Source: the human T2T-CHM13v2.0 reference genome, Homo sapiens. From it: a stretch of DNA of 64,000 bases. Positions within the stretch are counted from its first letter, which is position 1. Each line of letters begins with the position of its first letter. Below are positions 41,353 to 64,000 of this stretch, one piece after another. The stretch lies in the NCBI RefSeq assembly GCF_009914755.1, contig NC_060929.1, one strand, 5' to 3'. The notes below the pieces were generated by a model, which had not been told where the DNA came from, did not search any database, and was given only the letters and a program-made list of their open reading frames with translations. Both the position numbers and the translations under genes were made by a program.

Positions 41353-41617
41353 AGAGCCAGTCTTCTAAATAAAGTTTAGCGTTTATCAGTGAACTCACAT
41401 CAGCATTCACCGCATCCTTCCCTTATTTCTGCCCCACTTTTATTTCTTTCCTACCTTTGTCCCCTATTTCAGCCTTCAAGATAGAGGATAAATAAATTCC
41501 ATGTGGGCCTCACTACAAATTGCTATGAGCCTTAGGCATGAGGGGAGGTAGAAGTACATGTTACATATCTATAATACTATGATTAAATGGGAATCGGTTG
41601 CAAAATAAGAACAGCTA

Positions 41618-42182
<565 letters not shown>

Positions 42183-42530
42183 TTCTCTCAGTTCTGAAGG
42201 CTGGGAAGTCTAATAGCAATGAGGTTCTTCTTGTGGCATCATTCCATGGCATGTGGCAGAAGAGCAAGAGAAGGAGGGAGAGGGGAAGAAGGGGGAGGAA
42301 GGGAGGGAGATGATAGGGAGAGAGACATGGGGGGAAGGGGCTAAACTCATCCTTTTATCAGGAAACCACTCCCACAATATCAGCATTAATTCATTAATGA
42401 GGGGCTCTCATGATCTAATTACCTCTAAGTTCCCACCTGTCAACACTGCTGCACTAGGCATTTAGTTTCCAAAACATGAGCTTTGAGGGACACATTCAAA
42501 CCATAGCAGCAATTCAAAATGATGCCTCTT

Positions 42531-42930
<400 letters not shown>

Positions 42931-43124
42931 TTACCATAATATTCTTTTTGCCATTTAATAAATGCTTTTTGAACAAGATTGTGTTAACCACGTGCTGCAT
43001 GACATGAAAGAGGAAAAGGCACAGTTTATGCCTGTGAAGAAGAAGCAGGTTGTACTTCCATAGAGAGACGCTTGCCAATAACAGCTGGCATGGTCCCAGG
43101 GCCTAGTCAGGGTGCAGATGATAA

Positions 43125-44256
<1,132 letters not shown>

Positions 44257-44511
44257 AGGAAGCCTTTTTAGAGGAGGCAAGATGGAAGAGTTTAGGGTGG
44301 GAGTAAATAAAGCTGGCTGGAGACATGCCATGTGCCTCTGAGAACTAGCAATTTGGTGCTCAGTGTAGGTTAATAATGTGGTGATACTCTAAATTGATAG
44401 TCCTTAGATACTTGTCAATGTTAGTTTAGAGGAGAAGTGGTGCATGCATGGAGAAGGATGGAGGAGGAGGCTCGCTTTTGTCAATCTTTAGTTTCTCTTT
44501 TATTATTCCCA

Positions 44512-44819
44512 ATTATTTATTTAATTTTTTAAGAGACAGAGTCTCATTCTGTCACCCAGGCTAGAGTGCATTGGAGCGATCACAGCTTGAGCTATGATTA
44601 CTGTAAACTCAAGCTCCTGGGATCAAGCAGTCCTCAGCTTCCCAAGTAGCTATGACTACTGGCATGTGCCACTATTTCCAGCTAATTTTTAAAATTTTTT
44701 GTAGAGACGGTGTCTCACGATGTTTCTGAGGCTGGTCTCAAACTCCTGGCCTCAAGCGATCCTCCCACCTCAGCCTCTCAAAGTGTTGGGATTACAGGTG
44801 TGAGCCACTGCTTCTGGCC
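44512..44819 (-). mobile_element. AluJ
   Basis: Diverged antisense dimer. Confidence 0.9.
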
Positions 44820-46012
44820 CCCAATAATGTATTATTGTTCCACTCACCAAAGAAAAAGTTCATCAGACTAGCTGCTTAGTGACTCTGTGTTGGTACTGGG
44901 CCTGCTCCTTGAGGCAACTCTTCTTCCTCACTCCTTCTGCAAAAACTTTATTCCATATTTTATTCAATTCCATACAGAGCTTTCCCTGAGACAAGTTCTC
45001 CACTTCCTCATGTTTGTCATGTGTTTCAGGGCCCCTTACAGATTGGTACCCCCATCAATTGCCCAACAAGGCCCTTCCTAATCCAGCTTTAACCCTATTA
45101 GGATGTTATTGACATATACATTGTGACTAAAATGTTTCTATGTATAATTTACTCTTTGTAAGGGACCTTACCACATATTCTATGAGGGGCCACCTCTGGG
45201 GGTGGCGGAAGAGGCAGGACATAGTCATGCCCTGGAAGGAGCGTTAGAGTGGGCAGCAGGAGGCTGGTTTTGAGCTGCGGCTTTACAACTAACTTGCTGC
45301 ATGATCCCGTGTTAAGTCACAGTCTCAACCTGGCCCTTCATTTCTTCCTCTAACTATGAAATATTGGGCTAGAACCAGGGTGGCAAAACAGGTTTTGTCT
45401 TATGTGCTAATCCCAAACTGTTGGTAACAGCTTACTCTACTGATTCATAGAGAAAACCTTTTAGGCCACATCTGGGCTCTGGAAGAAAGAGTGATCAATT
45501 AGCAGTTTCTACAATGAGTAAAGAAATGGGGTAGTGATGGTGGTGATAGCATGAGTGCCTTATTTTTCGATTCCCTTGGTTGAATACGTGCTAAGAAATT
45601 CCATTCAGAATTCTGTAAACATGATGTGAATATCGGTTAAACATTCCCGGAGAGTTTCTCTACTTAAAATTAGAATTCTGTAGACTTCACTAAATGATAC
45701 CTAGGTTATTTAGAGCAGGAAAATAGCTATAATTCTTTGCTTCATGAGAATGGCTTTGCTTCTGGCCAGCCTCATTAGGATCTACACATTTGCAGTTTTT
45801 CTACATGTGGGGAATTCTTACACTGATAGATTCACACTATCACTAAGTCCTTCTTGTGACCAATAGCACACATTAAACATTTTGATTATAAAATGATATG
45901 ACCAAAAATAAAGCACAAGGAAACAAAAAGCTGAACACTGTAAACCACATTAAAATGAAAAGTTAAAAGAAAAACCGTAGGCTGGATGAAAATATTTGCA
46001 AATATTTACCTA

Positions 46013-46429
<417 letters not shown>

Positions 46430-46710
46430 TCAAAAAAGAAAAAATGTAAGCCCCATTAGATAGGAAAAATATGAAAGATTAAATCTTTTTAATAAAGAAA
46501 TGTAAAATGAAGCAAGATAGTATTTCTCTGTATCATATTGTATCAAATTTCTTTTTCTTCTCCTCCTCCTCCCCCTCCTTCATATACTGGCAAATATTTT
46601 TCAATGTCGACATAGAAGTAAGGCAGAAAAGGGCATAAATTAGTGCAGCCATTTTTGGGGAAAACTTGGAATCATCTATAAACACTTTAAGTGCATATCC
46701 TTTGACCCAG

Positions 46711-47426
46711 TGTAACCATCTGATGGGTTCTTCCTGCCTGCTGCACAAATAAAGACCATGGCATTGCAGTAAAGAAAGAATTTTATTGATGGGAGGCTGG
46801 CCACACCATATGGGAGATGGAGTTATTACTCAAATCAATCTTCCCGAAAACTCCAGGATTGGGGTTTTTAAGGAGAATTTGGTGGGTAAGGGGTCAGAAA
46901 TTGGGGAGTGCTGATTGGCCGGGTTGGAGATGAAATCATAGGGAGTCAAAGCTGACCTCTTTTGCTGAGTCAGTTCCTAGGTAGGGGCCACAAGACTGGA
47001 TGAGGCAGTTTATCTATGTGGGTGGTGCCAGCTGATCCACTGAGTGCAGAATAGGCAAAATATCTCAAGCACTGATATTAAGCTTTACAAAAGTGATATT
47101 ATCCCTGGGAGCGATTTGGGGAGGTTCAGAATCTTGCAACCTTCAGCTGAATGACTCCTAAGCCATAATTTCTAATCTTGTAGCTAATTGTTAGTTATGT
47201 GAAGGGTGTCTATTCCTCAGGCAAGAAGCGGTTTGTTTTGGGAAAGAGTTTTATTGTCTTGTTTTAGAGTTAAACTATAAAGTAATTTCCTCTCAAAGTT
47301 AGTTCACCCTATGCCCAGGAATGAGCAAAGATAGCTTGGAGGTTAGAAGCAAGATAGATTCAGTTAGGTCAGGTCCCTTTCACCGTGATAATTTTCTCAG
47401 TTATAATTTTTGCAAGGGCAGTTTCA
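46711..47426 (-). mobile_element. LTR8-family (LTR8A-like) solo LTR
   Basis: TGTAACC...GTTTCA termini; TSD CCAG/CTAG. Confidence 0.87.
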
Positions 47427-47539
47427 CTAGCACCTTATGTTTAAATTTTTATCTTAAAAATATTAGTGAAAGTGTGTAAAGATATATATACACACACACA
47501 CACAAACAACAATCTCTGTCAGATATTTATTGCAATAAT

Positions 47540-48659
<1,120 letters not shown>

Positions 48660-48811
48660 TAAACTGCAGTGAGCCGAGATCGTGCCATTGCACTCCCGTC
48701 TGGGAGTGCAATGACTCTGGTATTGTCAGTCTTTTTAATTGTAGCCATTCTAAGGATCGTTTAATGGTATCTCATTGTGGTTAAATTTGTGCTTCCTTAA
48801 TTATTATTATT

Positions 48812-49245
48812 ATTTTTAAATTTTGTTTTATTTTCAGTTCTGGGATACATGTGCAGGACGTACAGGTTAACATAGGTAAATGTGTGCCATGGTGGTTTGC
48901 TGCACCTATCGACCCATCACCTAGATGTTAAGCCCCACATGCATTAGCTATTTTTCCTGATGCTGTCCCTCCCCCTTGCCTCAAAAGGCCCCAGTGTGTG
49001 TTGTTTCTCTGCCTGTGTCCATGTGTTTTCATTGTTCAGCTCCCACTTATAAGTGAGAACATACAGTGTTAGGCTTTCTGTTCCTGTGTTAATTTGCTGA
49101 GGATAATGGCTTCCAGCTCCATCCATGTCCCTGCAAAGGACATGAGCTCGTTCTTTTTTATGGCTGCATAGTATTCCATGGTGTATATATACCACATTTT
49201 CTTTGTCCAGTCTATCACTGATGGGCATTTGGGTTGATTCCATGT
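48812..49245 (-). mobile_element. 5'-truncated L1PA (L1PA8-like) 3' end
   Basis: Antisense ORF2 C-terminus and 3'UTR; TSD TTC(C/T)TTAATTATTA. Confidence 0.9.
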
Positions 49246-49258
49246 TCTTTAATTATTA

Positions 49259-50872
<1,614 letters not shown>

Positions 50873-50889
50873 GTTTACCTCTCCCAAAG

Positions 50890-52463
<1,574 letters not shown>

Positions 52464-52464
52464 T

Positions 52465-52870
52465 GTTTTATTCTAAAAGTTTTATAGTTTTGGTTCTTTA
52501 TGTTTAATTTTGAGGGTTTTTTTTTTTGTATATGGTATAAAAATAAGGGTGAGGTTTATTCTGTTTATGAAATGTTGAAAAGATTATTTTTTTCCCCATT
52601 GAATTGCTTTAACATCTTACTATAAATGAACTTAGCAAGTATGTGTGAATCTGCTTTTTGGATTCTTTATTTTGTTCTGCTGATCCAATAGCATGTCTTT
52701 TCACCAATATCACATTTTCTTGTTTAAGATAGTTTTATGATAACTCCTGAAGTCAAGTAGTATAAGTTTCCATAATTTGTTCTTCTTTTTCAAAATTATT
52801 TTGCATATCCTTCATATTTCTCTATATATTTTAAAATAAACTTGTCATTTTATATAAAGAAACCCACTTG
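52465..52870 (-). mobile_element. Old L1M fragment
   Basis: Same antisense L1 region as at 221-425. Confidence 0.7.
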
Positions 52871-52871
52871 G

Positions 52872-53183
<312 letters not shown>

Positions 53184-53281
53184 CTACTTGGATTTTTTAA
53201 ATGCCTTAGAGACAAGGCATACCAATTTATTTAATGCATATACACAGGCACCTTCAGAATGAAGGTCCACCCCACTTGGAT

Positions 53282-53609
<328 letters not shown>

Positions 53610-54127
53610 TAGCTTTGACCTCAGCATCACAGTATTGAAAACAGGTGCTTCTTAGCTTGATTCAAGTAAAATTTGTTTGGTCAAAATTATATGCACAGTT
53701 TTGCATAATACAAAAAGAAAACGTTGATCTCTATTGACCGTGATTAGTGGAACACATCTAAAATTGACTGACCCCCTAAGAGGGCAAATATGTGAGATAA
53801 TCCCATTATTCCCTTGCATCTCCCTCCTTACCATGGCAGAAACCATTAATGGATCACAGCACTGTTTCTCAAAGAATGTGTATACAGGTACTGTTTTTGT
53901 TTCTTTTCTCAGGCACTGTTTTTCGATGAGTGGTGGCCCTGGGTGAACTCAGTCTGCCTTTCTTGAAGTAGAGAGAATTCCTCTATCTGTGATTACGGGG
54001 TTGAGATAACTTGCAAAATACTTTTATGCTGAACTGTCAACCTTTGCATTCCGTTTACCTGAGTCTACTGGGCCAAGGATTTTCCATTTGTTTTTGCTAC
54101 TCCAAGTCTATGGACAACTTTTTAAAA

Positions 54128-54421
54128 ATTTTTTTTTCAGAGACAGAGTTTTACTCCATCACCCTGGAGTACAGTGATGTGATCTTGGCTCACTGCAAGC
54201 CCCGCCTCTTGGGTTCAAGCGATTATCCTGCCTCAGCCTCCCTAGTAGCTGGGACTACAGCAGCACGCCACTAGGCTTGGGTAATTTTTGTATTTTTAGT
54301 AGACACGGGATTTCGCCATGTTGGCCAGGCTGGTCTCAAACCCCTGACTGACTACAAGTGATCCGCCCGCCTTGGCCTCCCAAAGTGCTGGGATTACAGG
54401 AGTGGGCCACTGCGCCCAGCC
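54128..54421 (-). mobile_element. Alu (AluS)
   Basis: Antisense dimer; TSD ACAACTTTT. Confidence 0.95.
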
Positions 54422-56774
54422 AACAACTTTTGGATTTGTACAAGAAGAAAGTGTTTTGGTTAAGAAGTCTCCCATATTGATTCTAACTCATCTCAGATTG
54501 GGGATTAAATCCAAATCAGTGCAATAGGGGCTTTAAATAGGGTATAATAACTAAGTTGTGAAGGTTTTAAATTCAGGTAGAAACCCTGATCCCACCTCCT
54601 ATGGTGAAGCCTAAGGCCTTAGGCCTTTTGCTGTCTTGTAGGTGCAGCTGAGAGTGTATCCATTGTACTGTCAGCCCTGATGCTAAACCCACATCAACAT
54701 AACCTATAGTGAATTTACCCTCAATTCAAAGGGGACACATTCTGAAGTTCTCTGAAAGCCAGTATTTATAATTACAAGAGTGGTTACCACCAAATTAATG
54801 TTGATGTGAATTCCTTACTTTTGTCTCTCATTTTCCAGTCCAAATAACTTTATATCATCCATATCAATTATTCAATATTATATTACTTATTCACTATAAT
54901 AGATGGGACTGAAATTACCCTTCTCGCTTTGTAAAGTCTCCCTTGGTTACATCATTGTACATATGATGTAACCAAAGTTCAAAGTGGCAGTACCTTGTCC
55001 AAGGTCACAGTTAAGTCTGCCTCACCAGGTAGAGTTAGGAGTTGAGAAGAAGTCTCCTAATTTAATCTACTCTACTTTTTGCCCAATCTGCTTGTCACCC
55101 TTTGAGGTCAGTTCTCCCACCACTAGTTTGCTATTTCAGCTGTTTCTGACCACTGGCCTGATCCAATGCATTAAGGATACTTTTCTTTGTGCTGAGCCAT
55201 ACAGAACTAATTTTTTCTGGTTTTTTTTTTATTTTTTTTGATTGCTATGATATTTAGAAGGGTGAAAGACAGAGATAGAAGCCCTGGTAGGGAACAGCTG
55301 CTTCTATTATTGTTTATAGGATTCATTGAGCTGAAAATTGTGATGTATCTTTGGTTTCTCCTTTGTAATTGCTCTGAGAGAATAGATGCCACAAATTCTG
55401 GATAGTTTGGGAGGATAGGGTGCTTGACGGATTCCACTTTAGAGTTGTTGGGTTGAGATAAGGTGACAGGGGTATGTCCTGGTAGAAAAGAGATGCAGAT
55501 TTGGAACTTAGAAGAAAGATCAACATTAAAGATACAGATTAATAAGGCGTCTATATATAGGTGCATGCTTAACAGGGAATAGTAGCTGAGATTGTCAAGT
55601 GGAAATGTACACAGAGAGAGACTTACAGCTAGACCTCAGGGATGCTCACATTTTGGGGACTGAGGGAAAATCAGGACGAGCCTGTGGAGGAGGTTGAAAA
55701 GAAATGGTGGGGAGAAAACCAGCATCACTGCACTGGGACCCTGCCAGTTCCTGCTTGGCCATCAAAGGTTTGCACCTTCAGCACATAGGATAGTGACAGG
55801 CACATAGTTGGTGCTCAAACAACTTTTGTTGAATGACCAAATGTGTGGAATCCAAGAAAGATTTTCTAGGAGGAACCTTAAGGTCAACAGTCTCCAGTGT
55901 GGAAACAAGGCTGGAATGATGAGGGAAAATTTCATTGAGAAGGAGATTTTGGATCCGAGGACTAGGAAATCATTAGTGACTTTATAACATGCAGATTACA
56001 AAGGCGTCACTACACACTTAGGCCGTAAGAACTTGTGAAATGCAGACAATAAAACTTAATTCCTTGGATTAGCATAAAGATTCAGTGATATAACTAAATT
56101 GTGTTAAATACTTGGCCCATCCCCTGGCACAGAGTAAAATGCTCACATTTATTCATTCAATTAATATTTATTGAGTGTTTACTCTGGGCCCAGGTATGGT
56201 TGTAATATCTGCAGATAGAACAGTGCCTCAGACAGAGTTTGAGCTTTTGTGAACCTTATATTCAATATCAGGTGGGAAGCGGTAATAACAAACAAAAAAT
56301 GTGTGATAGTGACAAATGCTATGCAGAAATGAGAGGGTAGTAATCTGATGGTGATGACTTGGCCACTTTAGGTAGGTTGGACAAGAAGAGTTGATATTGA
56401 CTGTTATTGTTGTAACTATTGTAAGTTCTCCCTCTTTTCTCTTCAATTGCTCACTGCCTTACACACTGTGTCATCATGTCACATCACATTTTTCTGCTCA
56501 AAACACTTCCATGCCTTCCTGAGTAACTTTGTAAGTTGTTATCTCCACTCAGCCAGCAGAAAAGTGTGGCTCCCGCTTTAAAAGCTGGCTTACAGCTCTG
56601 CGAGGTGCTGTAGAAAAGGCAATCCTTGCCGGAGGCAAAGGCATTTACACCTTCCAGGGAGATACATGATTAGAGAAGGCAGACACAGTGGAGGGGGTCG
56701 GTAGGAGGCTAACTGGAACTTTATCTATTAGAAGAGGAAAGGCCTTTGAAAAGTGAATTAATGATATTTATAGC

Positions 56775-56885
56775 TGCATCAGGTAAGTAGCTGGCGAAAG
56801 CTTGCTGATACTGAGGCCAAGGTTGAATTCCCATATGGACCAGCGAATTTCCTGTGGAGAAACTATGCTATTCACTCACTGGCAC
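56775..56885 (+). mobile_element. Ancient tRNA-derived SINE (MamSINE1-like)
   Basis: TGAGGCCAAGGTT...CCCATATGGACCAG resembles the MamSINE1 head. Confidence 0.45.
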
Positions 56886-57225
56886 TGAAACTTAAGCTAA
56901 CACATAATCTCTCTGAACTTCAGTTCTCCAGTCTAAAATAGAGACATGCATCCCATCTGCTTGCCTCATAGGATTATTATGAGGAACAAATGAGAATGGA
57001 TAATAAAGTGCTTTTTAAAGTCATAAATTTCAAATATGATCTATTATTATTACTGATTACATTATATTTCAGTGGCCATAAGTACCCTCTTTCCCCACTT
57101 CTGCAGTGTATCAGTGTATTTGCTATCTTTCATAGCGGAGATTCAACTGCACCTTGAATGACGCCTTATAAATCAATCGGTAGCCTTTCAATAGGCTCAT
57201 TATATTAACCCTGAGTCAGAAAGAT

Positions 57226-57438
57226 TCTTTCTTTCTTTCTTCCTTTCTTTTCTTTTCTTTCTTTCTTTTCTTTTCGCCTTTCTTTCTTTTCTTTTCTTTT
57301 CTTTCTCTTTCCTTCTTTCCTTCTTTCTTTCTCTTTCTCTTCTTTCTGCCTTCTGTCTTTCTGTCTGTCTTTTCTTTCTGTCTTTCTTTCTCTTTCTTTC
57401 TCTCTCTTTCTCTGTCTCTTTCTCTCCTTCCTTCCTTC
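57226..57438. repeat. Polypyrimidine (CTTT/CT/CTTC)n tract
   Basis: Low-complexity pyrimidine run. Confidence 0.95.
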
Positions 57439-57891
57439 TGTCAGGCCTCTGAGCCCAAGCCAAGCCATCGCATCCCCTGTGACTTGCACGTATACGCCCA
57501 GATGGCCTGAAGTAACTGAAGAATCACAAAATAAGTGAATATGCCCTGCCCCACCTTAACTGATGACATTCCACCACAAAAGAAGTGTAAATGGCCGGTC
57601 CTTACCTTAAGTGATGACATTACCTTGTGAAAGTCCTTTCCCTGGCTCGTCCTGGCTCAAAAAGCACCCCCACTGAGCACCTTGCGACCCCCACTCCTGC
57701 CCGCCAGAGAACAAACCCCTTTTGACTGTAATTTTCCTTTACCTACCCAAATCCTATAAAACGGCCCCACCCTTATCTCCCTTCGCTGACTCTCTTTTCG
57801 GACTCAGCCCGCCTGCACCCAGGTGAAATAAACAGCCATGTTGCTCACACAAAGCCTGTTTGGTGGTCTCTTCACACGGACGTGCATGAAA
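57439..57891 (+). mobile_element. LTR7 (HERV-H) solo LTR, LTR7up-like
   Basis: TGTCAGGCCTCTGAGCCCAAG...CATGAAA; 453 bp; TATAAAA at 57755; AATAAA at 57827; 5-bp TSD CCTTC. Confidence 0.95.
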
Positions 57892-58015
57892 CCTTCCTTC
57901 CTTCCTTCCTTCCTTCCTTCCTTCCTTCCTTCCTTCCTTCCTTCCTTCCTTCCTTCCTTCTCTCTCTCTCTGTCTCTTTCTTCCCCTCCTTCCCTCCCTT
58001 CCTGCCTTCCTTCTT
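57892..58015. repeat. (CCTT)n microsatellite
   Basis: Long CCTT run continuing the tract interrupted by LTR7. Confidence 0.95.
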
Positions 58016-58016
58016 T

Positions 58017-59602
<1,586 letters not shown>

Positions 59603-59951
59603 TAGAATGAATACAATATATATTCTCAAGTGCCATGCTTGAGCCTACTACTGCTAGTTCTGGCTAAATCTTGGTTTTACTTATTTTAAGTATGTCATAT
59701 TCAGTTGCGGTGTTCCTAATACTCCTTGTGTGAATTTCCTGTGTTCCCCCTGCCCCACCCCCAATGTATAACGAGTCCGAGGCTGAGTTACCTCTGAGTT
59801 TTTTCTTTTTGCCTGATCTGTAGAGAACTAGAAATTAGGTTATTTGGCATTGCTGATGACAACTATATGGCACAAGTACCTTCACTCCAATTCTCTGCTT
59901 ATCATGGCCACTGCTAATTGATGATTGCCCTGTCCTATCAATATTGCTTAA

Positions 59952-60283
59952 CAGTGCTAATATGGTAACCACAGGTCACATGTAGCTACTGAGCATTTGA
60001 AATGTGGTTAGTCCAAATTCAGGTATGCTACACAGGTAAAATACATACCAGATTATGAAGACCTGGCACACAAGAAAAGAATGTAAAATATCTCATTAAT
60101 AATTTTTTGTATTGATTACAACTTGAAATGATAATAGTTTGGATATACTGGGTTAAACCAAATGTTATTAAGATTAATTTTATATATTTATTTCACTTTC
60201 AAAAAAGTGATTACTAGAAAATGTAAAATTCTATATGTGGCTTGCATTCGTGGCTCAAGTTGTATTTCTACAGGACAGCACTG
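59952..60283. mobile_element. MER33 (hAT-Charlie)
   Basis: CAGTGCT...GGACAGCACTG termini; GAGCATTTGAAATGTGG motif. Confidence 0.8.
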
Positions 60284-60432
60284 CCTTCAAATCCTACTTA
60301 AGACAGTTCCCCAGGCAGTCACTACCAACAAACCAGAAACAAAAGCAGTAGTATTTTATGGGAATGGGAGAGAGGTCTACAGAGTTTGAGTTTTCAATCT
60401 TAGAATGAAAAAAAAAAAAAAAAGAACCTTTT

Positions 60433-60748
<316 letters not shown>

Positions 60749-60755
60749 CTAGTTA

Positions 60756-60938
60756 AGTGTTTCCCAAACATATCTGTTCATTAGAAACTTCTGCGATCTT
60801 AAATTATAAAATTACAGATTTCCAGGTTCCCACCCTGGGGATTCTAGTTTAATAGATCTGGGACGGAGGCCCCGGATTTTGTATTTTTAGTAAGTAGCCC
60901 AGGGGTTTCTGATGTGCGGCCAGGTTTGAGAACTCCTG
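60756..60938. mobile_element. MER5-like hAT MITE
   Basis: GTGTTTCCCAAA...TTTGAGAAC termini. Confidence 0.6.
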
Positions 60939-61387
60939 AGCTAAAACATTTTTACATTTCAAGGATGGGACTTTCCTGGGGTGACATGTTATTATTGGCA
61001 GAGCTAGGACTCGAGCACATGTTCCTCCTGGATTATATTTTGTACTACTGCGACCTAAGAGTCTTTGCAGAACTCACCATGGAATGATCATCAAACTGCC
61101 TCTCAGCCCGCAGGCACAATGCTCTTCCTTATTTGGAGAAAACTCAGTGTGTCTCAGCAGCCCCCTCTGCTGTCAAAAATCCCTAGCTCAGTCTAGCTGA
61201 GCGGGCTTTGGGGAAGCGAGCAGGGAGGAGAGCGAGCCCAGAAGAAAGTAGTGTGAAAAATGCTGCTATGGGGAAACCCGTTTGCAACCTGGAAGTGATT
61301 GGAAGAAATCTTGCAATAAGATCCTTAAAGCTGGATGACATGTGGGGGAAATCTACCTGACTGCCTCCTGGTCTGGAGGAGAGAATT

Positions 61388-61725
61388 TGTTTTGTTTTAT
61401 TTTGGTTTGTTTTGTTTTGATACAGGGTGTTGCTCTGTCACGAGAGCAGTGGTGTGATCACAGCTCACTGCAGCCTCCAAATCCTGGGCTCCAAGCGATC
61501 CTCCCACCTCAGCTTTCCGAGTAGCTGGGACTACACAGGCGCCTGCCACCCTGCTCTGCTAATTTTTAATTTTTTTGGGTAGAGATGGGGGTGAGGGAGA
61601 TAGGAGTCGGGGGGGATGCTTGCCTTGTTGCCCTGGCTGGTCTCGAACTTGCGAGCTCAAGCAGTCCCCTCTCCTCGATCTCCCAAAATGCTGGGATTAC
61701 AGGCGTGAGCCACCGTGTTTGGTCT
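61388..61725 (-). mobile_element. AluJ
   Basis: Diverged antisense dimer. Confidence 0.88.
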
Positions 61726-62379
61726 AGAGGAGGGAATTTGAACAAATTATTTCACTTCCCTGGGCCTCAGTTTCCTCATCTGAACAAGGGCCATAATGAC
61801 ACGCTCTGTCCCTTTTTTTCCTCAGAAACTATTTTAATAGTCTAATTAACTAATGGGGATGGTGTTATCAATGTTTGGTCCAAAGACACACAGCTATTTA
61901 GAGATAGAGCTGGACTTTGAACTCCTGGTTCCCAGTTGAGATGTATCATACAATTTCTGCTAACCAAGGAGAGATGTGTTCAGCTGCTTCTAGAGGGACA
62001 GAGGCAAGAAAAACTTACAAGGGAGGTTGAGGCTGGCTTCATGCCTAAATGAATTAAAGCCAGGTGGCCACTCTCTCATTTATATATTCATTCCTTCACT
62101 CATTTATTCAGCTTACTTTTATTGAGCACCTCTTACATGACTGAAACTGTGTAAGTAGTGGTGATATTATGTCAAATTAGACATAGTTCTTCTTATGTCG
62201 ATGGTTCTTGCTGTGTCTCCCTGAATAGTTCCTTTGCCAGAGATATCCTCAACTAGCTGTCACAGTGCACAAGTACCTTGGCTGGGTGAAACAATGGTAG
62301 CTACCAGGTATTGAGAGTTAGCTATGTGCCAGATACGGTGCTAGGCTCTTCCCATGTGCTGTCTTGTTAAACCCTCAAA

Positions 62380-62421
62380 CCAAAGTGCTGGCATTACAGG
62401 TGTGAGCCACCATGCCCGGCC
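62380..62421 (-). mobile_element. Orphan Alu 5' fragment
   Basis: CAAAGTGCTGGCATTACAGGTGTGAGCCACCATGCCCGGCC only. Confidence 0.85.
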
Positions 62422-62700
62422 AATGCGATACTGTCGTGAAAAGTATTTTCTTTTGGTAAAGGCATTAGGTAGCTTCATGTCCTTAGGTAAAATGCATATT
62501 TATCTGTGCATGGACGGTCATCAAAGTGTTATTTACAGTGTAGAAAAATCCTAAAATAGCCAAAATATATTGAAGTAAATTATAGCACAATATACTTGAA
62601 GAATATTTAATGAATTGGGAAAATGCCGTGGTTAAAATGCCACTTCATAAAATGGTGATATTGATCTGTTTGATACTAATTTTATAAAACACTCAAATTT

Positions 62701-63291
<591 letters not shown>

Positions 63292-63511
63292 CTTCCCTCC
63301 ACATTCATAAATATAGAAAAAGGGATGAAAGCAAGTCATTAAAATGTTAAGTTTTTATTATTGGGCAGTTTTTGTTAGGTTTTGGGAGAGTCTTATTTTC
63401 TTTGAGCTTTTAAAGATTTCCCTATTTTCTACCTTAAAAAAACACTTTCCCCCCCTCACATTTTAGGACAATTTTCAAACATACAGAACATTTGAAAGAA
63501 TTTTACAGCAA

Positions 63512-63814
<303 letters not shown>

Positions 63815-64000
63815 TTACAGCAAATACCCATATACCTACTACGTAGATTATACAATTAACATTCTATGACACTTGCTTTATTACCTGTCTATCCATTCCT
63901 CTCTTTCTCCATCTTATTTTTTGATGTATTTCAGAGTAGGTTGTAGACATCATGTAGTTTTCCCTAAATACTTCATCATGCACGTTGTTAAAATTCAATA

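Noticed and set aside
48944-49243. 99-aa ORF MESTQMPISDRLDK...
   Set aside because: Alternative-frame reading of a truncated L1PA 3' end
61180-61240. tRNA-like start TAGCTCAGTC
   Set aside because: No B-box/T-arm (GGTTCGA) and no cloverleaf downstream

Overview
Human genomic DNA (a consensus-like AluYa5 is present) with no recognisable protein-coding exon or CpG-island promoter; it is probably intergenic or deep intronic. The window is dominated by interspersed repeats: roughly 70 Alu or Alu-monomer copies; many LTRs (LTR12, MER51, MLT1, THE1, MST, MER31, three LTR8-family copies, MER50, LTR2, MER39, MER41B, MLT2, LTR7); hAT DNA-transposon relics; and L1, L2 and MIR fragments. The only gene-derived sequence is a full-length processed RPLP2 pseudogene inserted into the central A-rich linker of an Alu. 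Nearly all ORFs in the supplied track are Alu or microsatellite artefacts. The most notable items are a solo LTR7up-like HERV-H LTR, a MER41B with two intact tandem GAS sites, a strong CTCF motif in only one of three LTR8 paralogues, a truncated AluYa5 nested in an AluJ within an MST LTR, a repeat-free motif-dense candidate enhancer, and several rearrangement scars. I found no evidence of a wholly new biological system. Repeat names come from recalled consensus sequences, not a database search, and coordinates without a stated TSD are approximate.
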